Below are positions 26,640-39,960 of a DNA stretch of 64,000 bases, piece by piece (position 1 is the first letter of the stretch; every line of letters begins with the position of its first letter). The stretch comes from Octopus sinensis. Taxonomy: Eukaryota. The DNA lies in contig NC_043011.1 of the NCBI RefSeq assembly GCF_006345805.1, positions 19,480,464-19,544,463 of the forward strand. Direction: 5' to 3'. The translations under genes and the position numbers were made by a program. The notes under the pieces are model-generated. The model was given only the letters and a program-made list of their open reading frames with translations. It searched no databases and was not told the DNA's origin.

Positions 26640-26650
26640 AGATAGATATA
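26503..26650. repeat. (TA)n plus (TAGA)n microsatellite
   Basis: Directly visible. Confidence 0.95.
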
Positions 26651-26760
26651 CCTTACTATAGACCAAAGCTTTCTTTTTCTCTCTGTCTGTTTATTTCTTC
26701 TTTTTCCTTTTGTTGTAGAGCGTAGGCTCGAAACGTAAAATACGATCTCATATATATATA

Positions 26761-26795
<35 letters not shown>

Positions 26796-27754
26796 ATGTA
26801 TGTATATGTCAAATGAAAGACGGCAGATTGATTATACGAGAACCATGACAAGTTTCGACACATCTAGCATCGGTCACTCATGGCTAGAATACTCAAAAAC
26901 TAGTTCAGGAGTATCCGATGTTGCAGACGCATTTCGTCGCGTGATAAATAAATACAACTCGTAAACATTACAGTTCCGCAATGTAACTTCTCTTTTTGTA
27001 GAAAGAGAAGCGGCCAGACATAGGAAATATCTTAATTCATATTGAAGTTCCAAAAGAAAATACAAATCGAAAAAAGAAAAACGAACGCGCAATTCAGCAA
27101 GAAAATTATTAAAAATAACCTGTAACAAATGTGGATGCAGCTCCCGGGAAAGCTACATCTCGCGAGTAAACCCGCTCATACAAGCATCCCCGAGAATGTG
27201 AGAATACGCAGACATGAGGTTTGGTGTAATCATGATCCCAAAACGTGTTAACTATATATTTGCTGTTTGTATGAATGGAAAGTTTAAAAGTAAACTGAAG
27301 TGATCCACACCTCAATGTAAATTAAATCATGTTAACAGTAACTCAAAATTAATCCCCACAGCATTGTGCGAAAGTACATTTATATGCTATAGGCATCTCA
27401 AGACTCGCTCAGAAATCCTGTTAATGAGTTTCTCCTTAGTCTACAGAATGGACAGGTATTTCTCGGGGCAGAGACGGCATCTCCTACAAATTGGATTGTA
27501 TGTTTTCACGTAGCTTACTACGGACCAAATTATTTTGTACTTAATTTTAACCCCCTTTAGTCGCCATACAAAATCTGCCAAAGAAGTTGAATCCCTCATT
27601 GATTGTTATAAAGTTGGCAACATGGTTACAATAACGATTCTTAAAAAATCTTCCGTCTGCCCAATGTAAACAAACGGCCATCCCCTTGTGTGCACGGTAC
27701 ATTTATATACAAGATTTGTACACACACACACACACACACACACACAATATATAT

Positions 27755-27799
<45 letters not shown>

Positions 27800-29048
27800 T
27801 ATACACACAAACACCCATTATTATAAACATATCTACATATGTGTCTAGATGTATCCTAGGAATATAAAGTAGCGACACAAATACGCATGCGCCTATATAT
27901 ATCGCTTCCGACTAGACTTTTCTTGGCCTGGCTTGGCTTCATGCATTCATAATATAATATATTTTATATTATAGAGGATGCTTATATAAACATTCCTTGC
28001 GACTGCTCTACACCATTTCTATTATCGCTGAATATATGCCACAAATCCACACGGTAAACCGCAAATCCATTGATTCGTTATAATTGAAACTACTCAGTTT
28101 TTATTCTATTCAATTTAGAGTAAAACGTATCCCATCCTTATTACTGAATCATAAGAGAGAGTGGAACATGACGCTATTTCGGACTGTAAATTTTTGCATA
28201 TATGTCATCTTTTAGCGGAAGTGCTACACAGGGAAAATATTGTGAACATTTGCAATATGCTTAGAAGAAAATTAAAGAATCCATAAAGACGAAATAAAGA
28301 AATATGCCGGAAGATCTGGCATCTAAATTGGAAAATTACGTGAAAAGATGGTGGAATGAAAACCGATTATATGATTATAATTTCAAGTAAGTAGAATATG
28401 AGTTCCAGCAATTGAAATTTAAGAGGTTAATGACGTTACAAATTATAAGCAAATTTTCAAAAGCAATGACAAAGACGGGTTTTTGCTTTATGAAAAAGGT
28501 CTGCTTGGAGAATATGGGAAAAGTTGCACAAAAACTTCTGGCTAACGTTGAAGGCAAATATAAATAGGACTTGCATATTCTGGTAATATTTATGCATAAC
28601 CTCATTTCATCGTACACTAATACCAGTGGCAATTCTTTCCTGAAATATGTTAAAAATGCTCGATGATTTAATTGGAAATATTTGTAGCAAGTTAGTGAAG
28701 CTAAATAAGTTTTAAAGTGCACAACACAGCTATTGTTAACACCTTTTCTGTCTTTGTCCTCCATTTAATATTTGTACCTGTGTGTCTGTGTACGTGTATG
28801 TATAATAATAAAGTAGTCAGAATGTTGAATGATTATATTTATTTTTATTTATTTACATGTTCTTTACATTTTGGCGCTTTCAAATCCGATAACAGAAGAA
28901 AGCGCTAAATAAGATGTAAATAAATATAAATATATATATAATCATCCAACATTGTGACTACCTTATTCTAAATATACAATATCTGTAATCTCTCCAAACT
29001 CTCTCTCTCTCTCTCTATCTCTCTGTACACACACACACACACACACAC

Positions 29049-29104
<56 letters not shown>

Positions 29105-29369
29105 GTTTCTTCCTCTCACCAGATACACACACACACACACATGCACACAAACAAACAGAAAGAAGGAGGCAAAGGAAAACTTTTTTCGCATCTACATAAT
29201 GATTAATACAATTGTTTCTGTACGAATTCTGTTTCCAGCCCCAATCATCACACAATATATGCAAGTGAAAATTTACTCACTATTTGCGTTGTTAAATATT
29301 AGAGTGGCACTTCGGCATAACTGCATCAAAAGCGGGGGTGTTACAGTGTGCACTTGTCAGGCTTTGTGT

Positions 29370-29504
29370 TCTTCTTCTTCTTAGAAGAAGAAGAAGAAGA
29401 GGAGGAGGAGGAGGAGGAGGAGGAGATTGAGGAGGAGGAGGAGGAGAAGAAGAAGAAGAAGAAGAAGAAGAAGAAGAAGAAGAAGAAGAAGAAGAAGAAG
29501 AAAG
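29370..29504. repeat. (TTC)4 followed by a (GAA)n(GAG)n(GAA)n purine tract
   Basis: Directly visible; it explains the poly-E/K, poly-S and poly-F ORFs in the track. Confidence 0.95.
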
Positions 29505-30502
29505 CGAAGATATATGAGGAGAAGAAAGAATATAAAATCTGGAGTGTAAAGTGGACACTATCGAGAGCCCGTTCGATCATCACTTGTGTAGAGCTAGAAA
29601 TATCTCGTAAAAAAAACTGACAATACAAAAAAATGATTAAAAAACGCCGTGAGTAGCTTATCCCTCAGTTCGGACGTGCATGAAGCGTATACGGACTAGT
29701 AATAACATCGCAACTTTATTTATCACTGCTTAGCGCCGCCCCACCCCTCCGTAATTTACTCACATCGTACGGTGACTGGAAAAGCATAAGAGAACCAATC
29801 TCTTAATTCAGCTCGTAGCGTCGTCTGCCCAGTGTCTGTGAGCGATGAGAAGATAACTATCCCTAAATGCTAGCAGCTCACATCCTAGGTAGATGGGGCT
29901 GCGAGCTGATCTAGGTATGTACACACCATTTGTCAACGAGCGAGATATATCCTCCGTGACGAACCGTAGTGAGTAGCTTTTTACCCAAGTTCGAACGTGT
30001 ATGAAATATATTCAGACTGATAAAAACATTGCAACGATAATTAAAAAAATATCAACGACAAGATTAATGATAGTCAAAATAACAAAAAAAATATTACTAC
30101 TCATAATAATTATAATGATAAGGATAATGATCAAAATGGTAATAATAACAATAATAGGAATGGGATGGGTGTTGTTCAAGCTAACGAGAACTATTCCTGG
30201 TGACCTTGGAATCCGATATGACAATGCATATAACGTAAAATTCTAATTTATAGATAGTTAATAGGGGTCAGAGGCTCTCAAGGAATTAATGTAAAAAACT
30301 AAAGTTATGGAAGAAATTAAGCAATGGTATAAATTCATGTATTTAATATGCAAATGTTTAATGAACGTCTTGTAGATAATGAAAGAGAGCCTTAAAAATA
30401 AAATAGGCACCGTAAAACTTGTATATAACCAAGAAGTATCGGTAAAAGTTAAGAATGAGGTTAATGAAAAGGAATGCAGTTAATGAATGTAAAGCGTAGA
30501 CG

Positions 30503-30820
30503 TAGGCGTGGCTGTGTGGTAAGAAGCTTGCTTCCCAGCCCCGTGGCCTGCTGTGTGGCATCTTGCAGAAATGTCTTGTACTATAGCCTTGAGCCGACCA
30601 AAGCATTGTGAGTGGATTTGGTAGACAGAAACTGGAAGATGCCGGCCCTATATGTATGTATGTATATCTTTATACTTGTGTTAGTCACAAACAGTGTGGG
30701 CGTATTTACGTTTTCGTAACATAGCGGTTCCGCCAAAATGAGATCGTTTAAATCACCTTAAAAATTCTGTAAGTCGATACTACTGTATGGCTATAGTCTA
30801 ACGACTGAAATAAGAAAAGC
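30503..30820 (+). mobile_element. Diverged family-A SINE (head, short internal repeat, 3' half)
   Basis: GGCGTGGCTGTGTGGTAAGAAGCTTGCTTCCC...TTGTGAGTGGATTTGGTAGACAGAAACTG, then TTTACG...GTAACATAGCGGTTC...GACTGAAATAAGAAAAG; homologous to 3992-4460. Confidence 0.75.
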
Positions 30821-31667
30821 AGGAAAGTGGAGGTTTAATACTAAAATAATTATATACAGGATTAGGTATTACGGATCCCAATACAAAAACCTTAGAATTG
30901 AGGATGAAAGTATGAAAATTACTCAGTTAATATTGAATACACAGATAGTTATTTAAGTGGGTAAAATGTTGAAATCACTGTATTTAATAGGTATACAGAG
31001 CGTAAAATATACTGAAGTAGAGCTATTAAACTCTGTCGGAGTGTAAGAATTATCCCGTTTAAGGAGTATAAATAGTAAAATTTAGAATATATATTATATT
31101 TTGATCAGAAAATTGTAAGCAATATCATTTTCACTAGAAAATGTTGCACTAGGTGTTGTAAATGTCAGCATAATTTATTTGGTACAATGTATGTTGTTTA
31201 ATAGTTTCATTTTTTATACTATTTTAAACATATAAAAACCTAAACTATTTTCAAACAGTTCTTTTAAATTTATAATAGTTATTTCGCAATAGAATTTGAT
31301 AATCATTCTTTTTCGCATATTCCAATGAAATTCAGTGCATGAACGTTATATTAAAATATTTTAATTGGATATAAAGTTTTCCACACGATAATCTGCTATA
31401 TATTTTCCTGTATTTTCTAACGACGTAGAAAAACTATATACAATTTTGTACATTTCCTGTATGGAGTAAAAAACTTTTACTTCTTTGTACCCAATATTTT
31501 ATAACGCAATATAATTTAAATATGTTAACAAAGAGACAGTATCCATATATATGTTCATGAAACACATATATTTTTTCAAAAACGTTCATAAAATTACAGC
31601 CCCCAAAATAAGTCCTTTTAAAGATACGCACAAAATGTATACACACACACGTACCCCCACCTATACA

Positions 31668-31740
<73 letters not shown>

Positions 31741-31778
31741 TTAGAGATAAAACCACTATTAGGCAAATATATATATAT

Positions 31779-31815
<37 letters not shown>

Positions 31816-32267
31816 TAACAGTGCAGTTCTGCCTGCAATGTTATATGCTAGTGAAACATGGGCTATCACAAAGCGAGAAGAGCAAAGACTAGCAACGGCT
31901 CAAAGAGCCATGGAAAGCTCAATGCTTGGTATCTCGTTGAGAGAGCACATAAGTAGCAAGACCATCAGAAAGAAGTCCGGCGTGAGAAATGTCATCGCAG
32001 AGTATACACGCAGCAAGTATAAATGGGCTGGACACGTCGCCCGGCTCACCGATAATCGGTGGACGCACGCAGCTGTCGAGTGGTACCCGCGTGAGCGGAA
32101 AAGACCACCTGGAAGACCTCCACGACGGTGGAATTACGATTTCAGGAGGACGATTGGGATCACGTGGATGAGAAAGGCGCAATCCAGAGAGGAGTGGACA
32201 GCATGCTGTGACCAGCGGTGTCAAATGGACGCTTGACGGACTGGTCGGTCAAAGTGATCAAAGTGAT
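31816..32267 (+). mobile_element. 5'-truncated RTE-clade LINE 3' end
   Basis: Open frame NSAVLPAMLYASETW...KWAGHVAR...WYPRERKRPPGRPPRRW is a typical RTE ORF C-terminus. It ends in (CAAAGTGAT)2 and sits in (TA)n. Confidence 0.9.
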
Positions 32268-32399
32268 ATATATATATACACACATATATGTGTGTTGCCT
32301 GCGCTTATGTGTGTTGCGTGTGTGTATGTGCATATATTTTCTATGTGCTTGGGGGAGTGTGCTTGATGGTGTGTGGTATGTTTACTGAGCTAAACAGTG

Positions 32400-33916
32400 T
32401 GTGTGGCTGCTCTTATAGTGGTATGTGTGGTGACGCTTTTGAAGATTGTTTGTGTGAGTGCTGAGAAGTGTGTGTAGAGATGGAAGGTGTTGTGGTGTGT
32501 ATGTAATGGTGTGTGAAGTGAATGATGAGTTGAGCTCAAGTGGCGCAAAGGAACGAAGTGAGAAGATTGATAATCCTTCACGGCGTAGACGGGATTCCGG
32601 GTGGCGCCTGTGCAGAAACTGACCGAAAAGAGACAGATGTAGCGAATGATCGGCAGAGCGGAAATGCCGAGTCTGGTGTCCCGGATGTGCACCGCTAACC
32701 GGTTAGCCACTCGGCGTCCCGTTTGACCAATGAACAGAGACAGAGAGCCCAGAAGATGCAGTAAATTAGATTACTAGAGGTGTAGGTCAAGGAGTTGGTG
32801 ACGTGATAGTGACGGTGATTGGTGTCTCTGAGGATCGTGGTGTTGGGGAGGTAGGGGCAGGTTCGACGACATGGACGGGAGCTGGAGAAGGAGCTAGGCT
32901 GAGAGGCGAGGGTAGGGAAGAAAATGCGGACCAGGTCACGCAGGTTATGGGTTTTTTTGAAAGCGGGTCGAGGTAGGTTAGGGGCGATGTGCGAGGTGGA
33001 GGTTTCGAACTGGAGTCACCGGAAAGCTCAGAGAATTGGGAAGGGGTAGGATTGATGGTTCGTAGGTGAGTGAAAACTGCAGATGGATAATGGTGGTTGT
33101 GTACGAGGAGAAAGAGCAAAGACACGGTCCACAGATCGTGCCCGAGCAAGGGCAGTTTGGATAATGGTGAGGCGATGAATTGGCGAGACTGAGTCTCAAA
33201 GTCATGGTCGTCACTGCAGAGACGGCGTAGAGGGAGGTATTGGCAGTAGGGGATTGATAGCTTAATTTCTGTAGGGTGTGAGGAGGAGAAGTTGTGGTAG
33301 CAGTGTGAGTCAGTGTGTTTGTAGCGGATGCAGGCAGTGAGAGCAGAATGGTTGATGGTGACAGAAATGCCGAGAAAATCGACGGAAGAGTTAGAGATAG
33401 TGCAGGAGAATGCGAGGGTAGGATGAAAGGATTGGACAAAGGGGAGGAAGGGTTCCAGTTGTTTGCGAGAGAATGAGATTGTGCCGATACATGTAGCTCG
33501 GGCGTGAGACAGGTGAATTGTGAGAATATTTTGGCCTCAGCGTAGCCAACGAACAGGTTCGCATATTTGGGGCTCATTCTCGTTCCCGTGTCCACTCCTG
33601 AGAACTGTTGGTAGAACTTCTCCGCGAACGAGACGCAGTTGGGGGAGAGGACGAGTTCGGCCAGTCGAAGAAGTGTGGAGGCGTCATGCTGAGTGTCAGG
33701 CCAGAGGTCTAGAAAAATATTAAGTGCAACAAGTACTTTGTTGTGTGAGATCACCATAGATAAATTTTTGATATCAAAAGTGAACAGAAGTTGAGAGGGG
33801 CCACAAGGGAAGGGGAAAGAGTTCAACAGACGGAGAGCATGGTTAATGTCATGGATGTGAGAGTAGAGGGAAGCCACTGGGGGTGCAAGAACACGGTCGA
33901 GGTATTTGGAGTTCAT
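32400..33916 (-). mobile_element. Penelope-like element (reverse transcriptase plus GIY-YIG endonuclease), frameshifted
   Basis: RT: LFTFDIKNL...LLRLAELVL...FYQQFSGVDTGTRMSPKYANLFVGYAE. Downstream, SNLIYCI...IGQTGRRVANRLAVHIRD is the PLE GIY-YIG signature. Confidence 0.9.
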
Positions 33917-35724
33917 TTCCTTTATTTATATCCATTTATTTAGAAGTGCGAGTTTGTCCTCAAGAATGAAATATAATGCCATCGGGTAACCGTTTTCGGT
34001 TTCTTCGTCAGATCAACTTAGTTCTATATCCATTCACGCATAATACTGCTACTATGGAAATGCATGCAATATTAATTCTATAACTGGGTCTTGCAAGTAT
34101 TCATATAGTAATATGTCATGGTAAATGCAATCTATCCTATAGTTGTTTCACTTTTAACCCAATAACTTAGCACGCATTCAAATTATTATCAAATTACTTT
34201 ACGTAGACATGAAGCAATAATGGTAATAATGGTAATAACAATATCAATAAATTCATTTATAAGTAAATAAATTACTGATATACTACTAAATATCACAGGT
34301 TTTGTGCAACTTCGCAACACGCGCATTAAATCGATGGTTACATGTTAGATCCATTTCAGAGTTTTTGTTAATGGTGTTATAATTGCATAATATTGTGTCC
34401 GGTGTGTCTGCCAAACAAAGAATCCCCAAACAATGCATACGGAAACTTGTGTGCTGAAGTGATTGCCAGAATTGGTGGTCAAAATCTACTCATATAATAT
34501 TTGAAGTACATGAGTATTACAATCACTTTCATAAATAAACATATAAGTGTAGATTATATAAACTGACTTGATTTGGGGAAGTAATTATTGAAGCATCAGC
34601 TTTAATTCATACTTGAAAACAATTATGTTCCTCTGCAAAATGGTTGAATTAAAACTAATGTCACAAATCACGATTTGGAGATTCGACGATGCAAATTGTA
34701 GCCTAAAAATTGGAGTTGGGCTTTTGTTTTGTTTTGTTTTTTTAACATATAATGCTCTTCTGGATTCTTATCTTTTCTCGTCTAGCCAAGTTTCCATAAA
34801 AATTGATGTTTTGCCGGCAATTATAATACCCGGAAAATAAACAATTTTTGATTGAATATTGTCACTGAGTATGCGATGTAGAGTGTTGTTTGCACTCGGC
34901 ATAAGATTACTAGGTTTCACGACGTATAAAAATCCGATTTGTGTATTTATATTGTAAGCAAAAGAAATATTTGCATGTAAGTTAGAAATCGAAATTTAAA
35001 ATAAATTCAATGTGATTAAGTTGCGATAATTAACAAGGTCTGTATTGTTCGTGTTACTATAGTTTTAGTCGAGATGCGTTGGGGTCATAATGAGATTAAC
35101 TTTACCTTTTATAGAGGATTTCAAGTAACATACTAATAATTTGATGGGCAAGTCTGACAATATTGGATACTCGCATCTTATTTGGTTTAAACTCTAGACA
35201 TCTTCGTCATATTTTCATTTAACAACGAAAATTGATTTCTGTCTAGTCCACAAAATCAAGAAATGTTATAGGTGTACGTATTGTAGTCTTTTGTATCTTC
35301 AGAAATTCAATAATATAGAAGAGGGAAAGATAGAAAAGAGAAACGAAAAGAATATTCGAAGATAACAAAATATGGTAATGAAATTAAAATATATTGTCAT
35401 TCCTCTCTTAGACATAACACTTCTAAGTTAATATTTGGACGCAGATTTTTAAGCAATTAATTTTAAGAGTTCGCTAGCATTTGTAGATTTTTTTTTTATG
35501 ATTTCCAATTCAAAACTGAGTTAAAAACCAAGTGGGAGCAATTATATATTGCAAAATAAAGTAGTAGTTTCAGTAGATTCTCAAAGGTCTGTCCTGAATA
35601 AACAAAATTTAATACTAGAGGAGAAATATAGAAAGGAATTTGGGATGTGGATTTGATATGTTAATGTATGTTAATGGAGTTGTAAATGTCATATGCTTTG
35701 TGTGTATTTATATTTTTATATGTA

Positions 35725-35760
35725 TGACTAGCAGAGATACCCGGCGTTGCCTGTGTCACA
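35725..35760 (+). mobile_element. Possible Helitron-type terminal sequence
   Basis: ACTAGCAGAGATACCCGGCGTTGCC resembles termini of non-autonomous Helitron-type repeats as I recall them. The other end was not identified. Confidence 0.3.
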
Positions 35761-37004
35761 TGCAATTGAAGAATTAGGCTTTTCTGTTATATTTTCTGTA
35801 ATGAAAAGTAATATCTATGTTTCGAATATGATGTAAATTGCAGATGAGGGTTGTTTCCTTATTTACACACCCTAAAAAATGTAATCGTGCTACATGTATC
35901 TCATACTACAGATTTTTATGCGCATATTCCAAAATTCCAGTCTTATTAAAAAGATTTTGCTCCTGAAAAATGAAGGTCATAGAGCTATAAAATGTGAGAG
36001 TTAAGGCCCCTGTTGGGGTGGGCATCTTAATGTCAACCAGAGAAGTTGAATTGTTGAGAATCTTTTTAACTTGGGTCTTATATCTATTGTTTGAATTTCT
36101 TTGAAATAGGTAATATATGTTCACTGGGTTTGTAAAAGAGAGCAAAGCTACAGGAAACCAATAGACGAATGATCACAATAAGCAGTCAGCTAACCTACAC
36201 TAGTCGTTACCACTCCCAATGTAGGATTCCTCACCATCCAGATGACAGGCACAGCCGTAAGATGCATTACGTATCTATAGCAATTGGAAAGGCGTGACCC
36301 AACTGAAATAAACATTAACAACTGTGTGACGTGAGGGCTAAGGAGAAATGAAAGTTGGAGTTTGCAAATGACCACTATACTGATATGTAAGTGGTCAGAA
36401 TAAATGTACAATCTATAAAGGTCTTTGAATAACCACTCTCTTATCTAGGAAGGCCTTGAAATCAATGTTACTATCTAGGGATTATGTGTGGCGTAGTGAT
36501 AATAAAAAAACTGAAAGGAGGTCTGCGATCAAATAACTTTACTCAACACTTTGTAACTGAATCAGTGGAGGCAAAAATGCATCTAATTTACTTGACAATT
36601 TATGCACCACATTGCAAAAATCACAATGTAAGTGTATGTCGAAGTAACCTGTTACACTGCTGTACCATTGAATTAGAAATATTGCCCAACTTTTATGCTC
36701 GGGTAACCTTACAGCTTCCAAGATCACAACTGTATTCGTTTTTGCTTAGATAAAATTACAAAATTGTGGGTGTTAAGTCCCCATGGAGTGGTCTTTCTAA
36801 CTTGTAAGAAGATGAAATTTTATAAATATTACTTCATTTGTGTCTAATATCCATGGTTAAAATTTTATCGACAGCAAAAATATATGAATTTTCATGGGGC
36901 TTATGGTCCTTATGCATGAAATATAATTTCCAAATTTCATAAAGATCCATTCAGTACTTTTGACCTAGTTTTGGATCACAAAAGAATTGGCAAAAGTTAT
37001 ATAT

Positions 37005-37010
37005 ATATAT

Positions 37011-37083
<73 letters not shown>

Positions 37084-37113
37084 TAGACAGATAGATAGAT
37101 AGATAGATTGATT

Positions 37114-37176
<63 letters not shown>
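37005..37176. repeat. (TA)n plus (ATAG/ACAG)n microsatellite
   Basis: Directly visible. Confidence 0.95.
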
Positions 37177-37177
<1 letters not shown>

Positions 37178-37250
37178 TGTTCCTTTATTGGCCACACAGG
37201 GCCGCACGCAGATGGGACAAGTTACAAGGTAGAGCTTTTCTTTTGGGCGA
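37177..37250 (-). mobile_element. Probable retroposon 3' tail abutting the (ATAG)n tract
   Basis: Minus strand reads CTTGTAACTTGTCCCATCTG...TGTGGCCAATAAAGGAA and runs into (TATC)n, the layout of a LINE/SINE 3' end. Confidence 0.45.
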
Positions 37251-38289
37251 TGAAAAAAAACATTACAATAGAGAGATGTTTTTGTTTCACTTTTAACACG
37301 TAATACTGAAATAGTGAAGAAGATATGATATTGCTGTAGGCTCGCCCTAGGTAAGAAGTTAACATTTGTTCTGCACATGACACTACATGGACCTTAAGTA
37401 AGGCATGTGTAAAATTTGAATGTGTAGTTCTCCACTTTTGAGGATTCACACAGACAGACACACACACATTCTCAATTTTATATATAGAGAGAGATGACAG
37501 CTGTTCTAAAATACGCTCATGAGATGGCTCAAGTGAATATTAGTTTAAGCAGATAAGTGATTTGAAGATACGAATATAGTTCGGTATGTACAGCAAATAT
37601 AGTACATTTCTATCTTTTTCTCTTTTCTATGTGTATGGCATATAGCAATATGGAAATGTTTAAAAACTGCATATATATTTCTGCCTGAGTCTTTTTTTTA
37701 TTTCCATATGTTGTCATTAATGGACGTTTTCATTTTAACATGTGGTGTTGTATGTAACCAATAGCCATTTTAAAACCATAAGCTTATAAAATAATCTGAT
37801 TAAATGTTGAACTGGATACCTATGGCAACCTAGAATATAATTACGAAAAACATCTTGTCTGATTTACTGAAATGGAAATAACTGAGTGTGTCATATATTA
37901 ATGCATAAATTGAAACAGCTATCTCAATAGATTGTAAGTATGTTCAGATAGGCAATTCTCTCGGTCTTAGGGATGTTGCCAACTATGCCTAGTTTTAGTG
38001 TGGATCTGTATGTTATTATATTCGCCACTATGGGTTCCATGAGTTTGGGGTCAGACCGGGCATTTCATATTTAACAGAAAATAGGTGCATTTTTTCCTAC
38101 ATTTCTTTTATTCAGATTTTTGCGTCATAATGTATTCAAATGTTGCAATTAATAAACGATATTAAGTCTCCATGATGTATATTCACATCCTAAACGGAGT
38201 GTCATATATTAAACAGTAACTCCTATTTATTACTGATGACACACTATTCCAAAGGTACATAAGTATCATTAAGCTGCTCTGTTTGAACA

Positions 38290-38880
38290 TCCCGCGTGTG
38301 CTCGTTTTCGTTCAGTTATTTGAGCAACCATCAATTTTGACTTCACACGTCACAGTTATTCCCTCGAAGCCGATACGGCGTAACAATGAATCCTATGCAG
38401 AAGTAATTGTAATCTGTGCTTCAACTAGGTGCGCATGAGTCGTCTGAGACATATTTGGTACTATATTTCCAGATTTTGAGATATTGCCTATAACTTGTCC
38501 AAATGCCTCAAGTAAGTGACAGAGATCATACAAGTCCCTGATAAGTTGCTTTTCTTATAAGCCCGTCATCTCAGAGGATCAAAGACTACTGACACATTTA
38601 TTTGATTCCATTCGCTTCGTGAATTTTGCATTCAATACATAACGGAAAATGTATTCACACAGCTCCATTTTTCCATGTCGTAAATTGTTGAACGGGATGT
38701 GGTTAATGAATGCCTTTGCTGTAGAAACAAAAGTTCCACTATGTATCAGTTTCGTGCGTCTGAAGTTCTGGTGAAATTGCATTCTGACATTAAATGCATA
38801 CCACTAGCACAGAGCAATGTTCTAGTTCCGAGTTCACCAATGTAGAAAACTGTATGACATTTACAGTATGTGACTGGACA
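38290..38880 (-). mobile_element. Possible highly decayed hAT transposase relic
   Basis: Minus-frame EKQLIRDLYDLCHLLEAFGQVIGNISKS loosely resembles the hAT L..LL.PF...T..IS segment. Many stops; weak. Confidence 0.3.
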
Positions 38881-39779
38881 CCGAAGATGTTAGTCTTCGA
38901 CATTGCTCAGATGTGGATGGAATGATAGAAACGAAAGAATGGTCACAAAAGCATTTTCAACTTCATCGTTTTGTCAGTGTATCACTACAGTTTGACATTA
39001 GATCAGTTGTGCCGCAACGACTTGACTGTGTTATTGATTCTCATAGATATTCACGAGTAACGGTATCAATGTTTGGTTTGATAAGATCATTCTAGCATAG
39101 CTATGCTGGCAACTTCAGTAAGAATGAATCATCGAGATAATAGTTGGAAATTAGAGAAGATGAATTGTGCTCCACATACCCAAGTGTTTCTCTCATGTGC
39201 AAATTACATCAAAAATACACACAGCAATTATATAAATGGGTACTCAAATGCGTAGAGATATGTCTTACTATGATTTACATATTGTCCTCCTTACAACTCA
39301 GAACAACAGCGTTTAAATGTAATCCTGAAAACATACAAATCCAGTAAGAAACAAACAAAACGCTGTAATATCAATGAAGATAGTACAAAACATTGTTTTC
39401 ATCACTTTTTCCAGTGTTCCAAATTTGTACAGACAAGATTAGAAAATAAGCATTTTCCACACCAGTTTAAACTAAAGAAGAATTACAGTCAATGTTTTCA
39501 GAGTTCAACCACATAGCAACAGGTAATATGGTCGCTCAGGAAATTCATCCAACAAAATATACATTGATAAATCTGAGACACCTCATAACACTACATTGTC
39601 AAAAAACCTCAAATATGACACCAGGAATTGCCACTATAAAAAAAATAATTAAAAAGATCAAAAGCATCAACATAACACCATACTCAACTGAAATATGATT
39701 TAGCATCAAAAATATATAGATGAAATATTAGATGAAATAACACACACATACTTCTTATACAACAAGAAATAAAATAATT

Positions 39780-39960
39780 AAATGCTAAAACCTGAAACAG
39801 TGGCATACACAAGGTGGAAGGTTTGCTGTTGCAGCAAATGTTTTCTCTCTACATTCCACAAAAACAAATCAAAAAATGTGCTCCGCTGTAGGACAAATCA
39901 GCGCCTTTTAAAAGGCAGCCATAGGAAACAAGCATAAAGAATATATGCACACATTAATAT
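39780..39960 (+). mobile_element. Possible old relic of an R4/Dong-like LINE
   Basis: CTAAAACCTGAAACAG...GAAGGTTTGCTGTTGCAGCA and AAAGAATATATGCAC echo LKAETEGFLIAAQ and KEYIH in the intact copy at 22329-23315. Confidence 0.3.

Noticed and set aside
27158-27168. TCTCGCGAG promoter-type palindrome
   Set aside because: Incomplete match to TCTCGCGAGA and no other supporting promoter or exon evidence.
29292-29628. Poly-E/K, poly-S/P and poly-F ORFs
   Set aside because: Translations of the (GAA)n(GAG)n tract.
38473-38511. 39-nt mini-exon (TTTCCAG|...CTCAA|GTAAGT)
   Set aside because: It lies antisense within a probable decayed transposase region and has no partner exon; likely chance.
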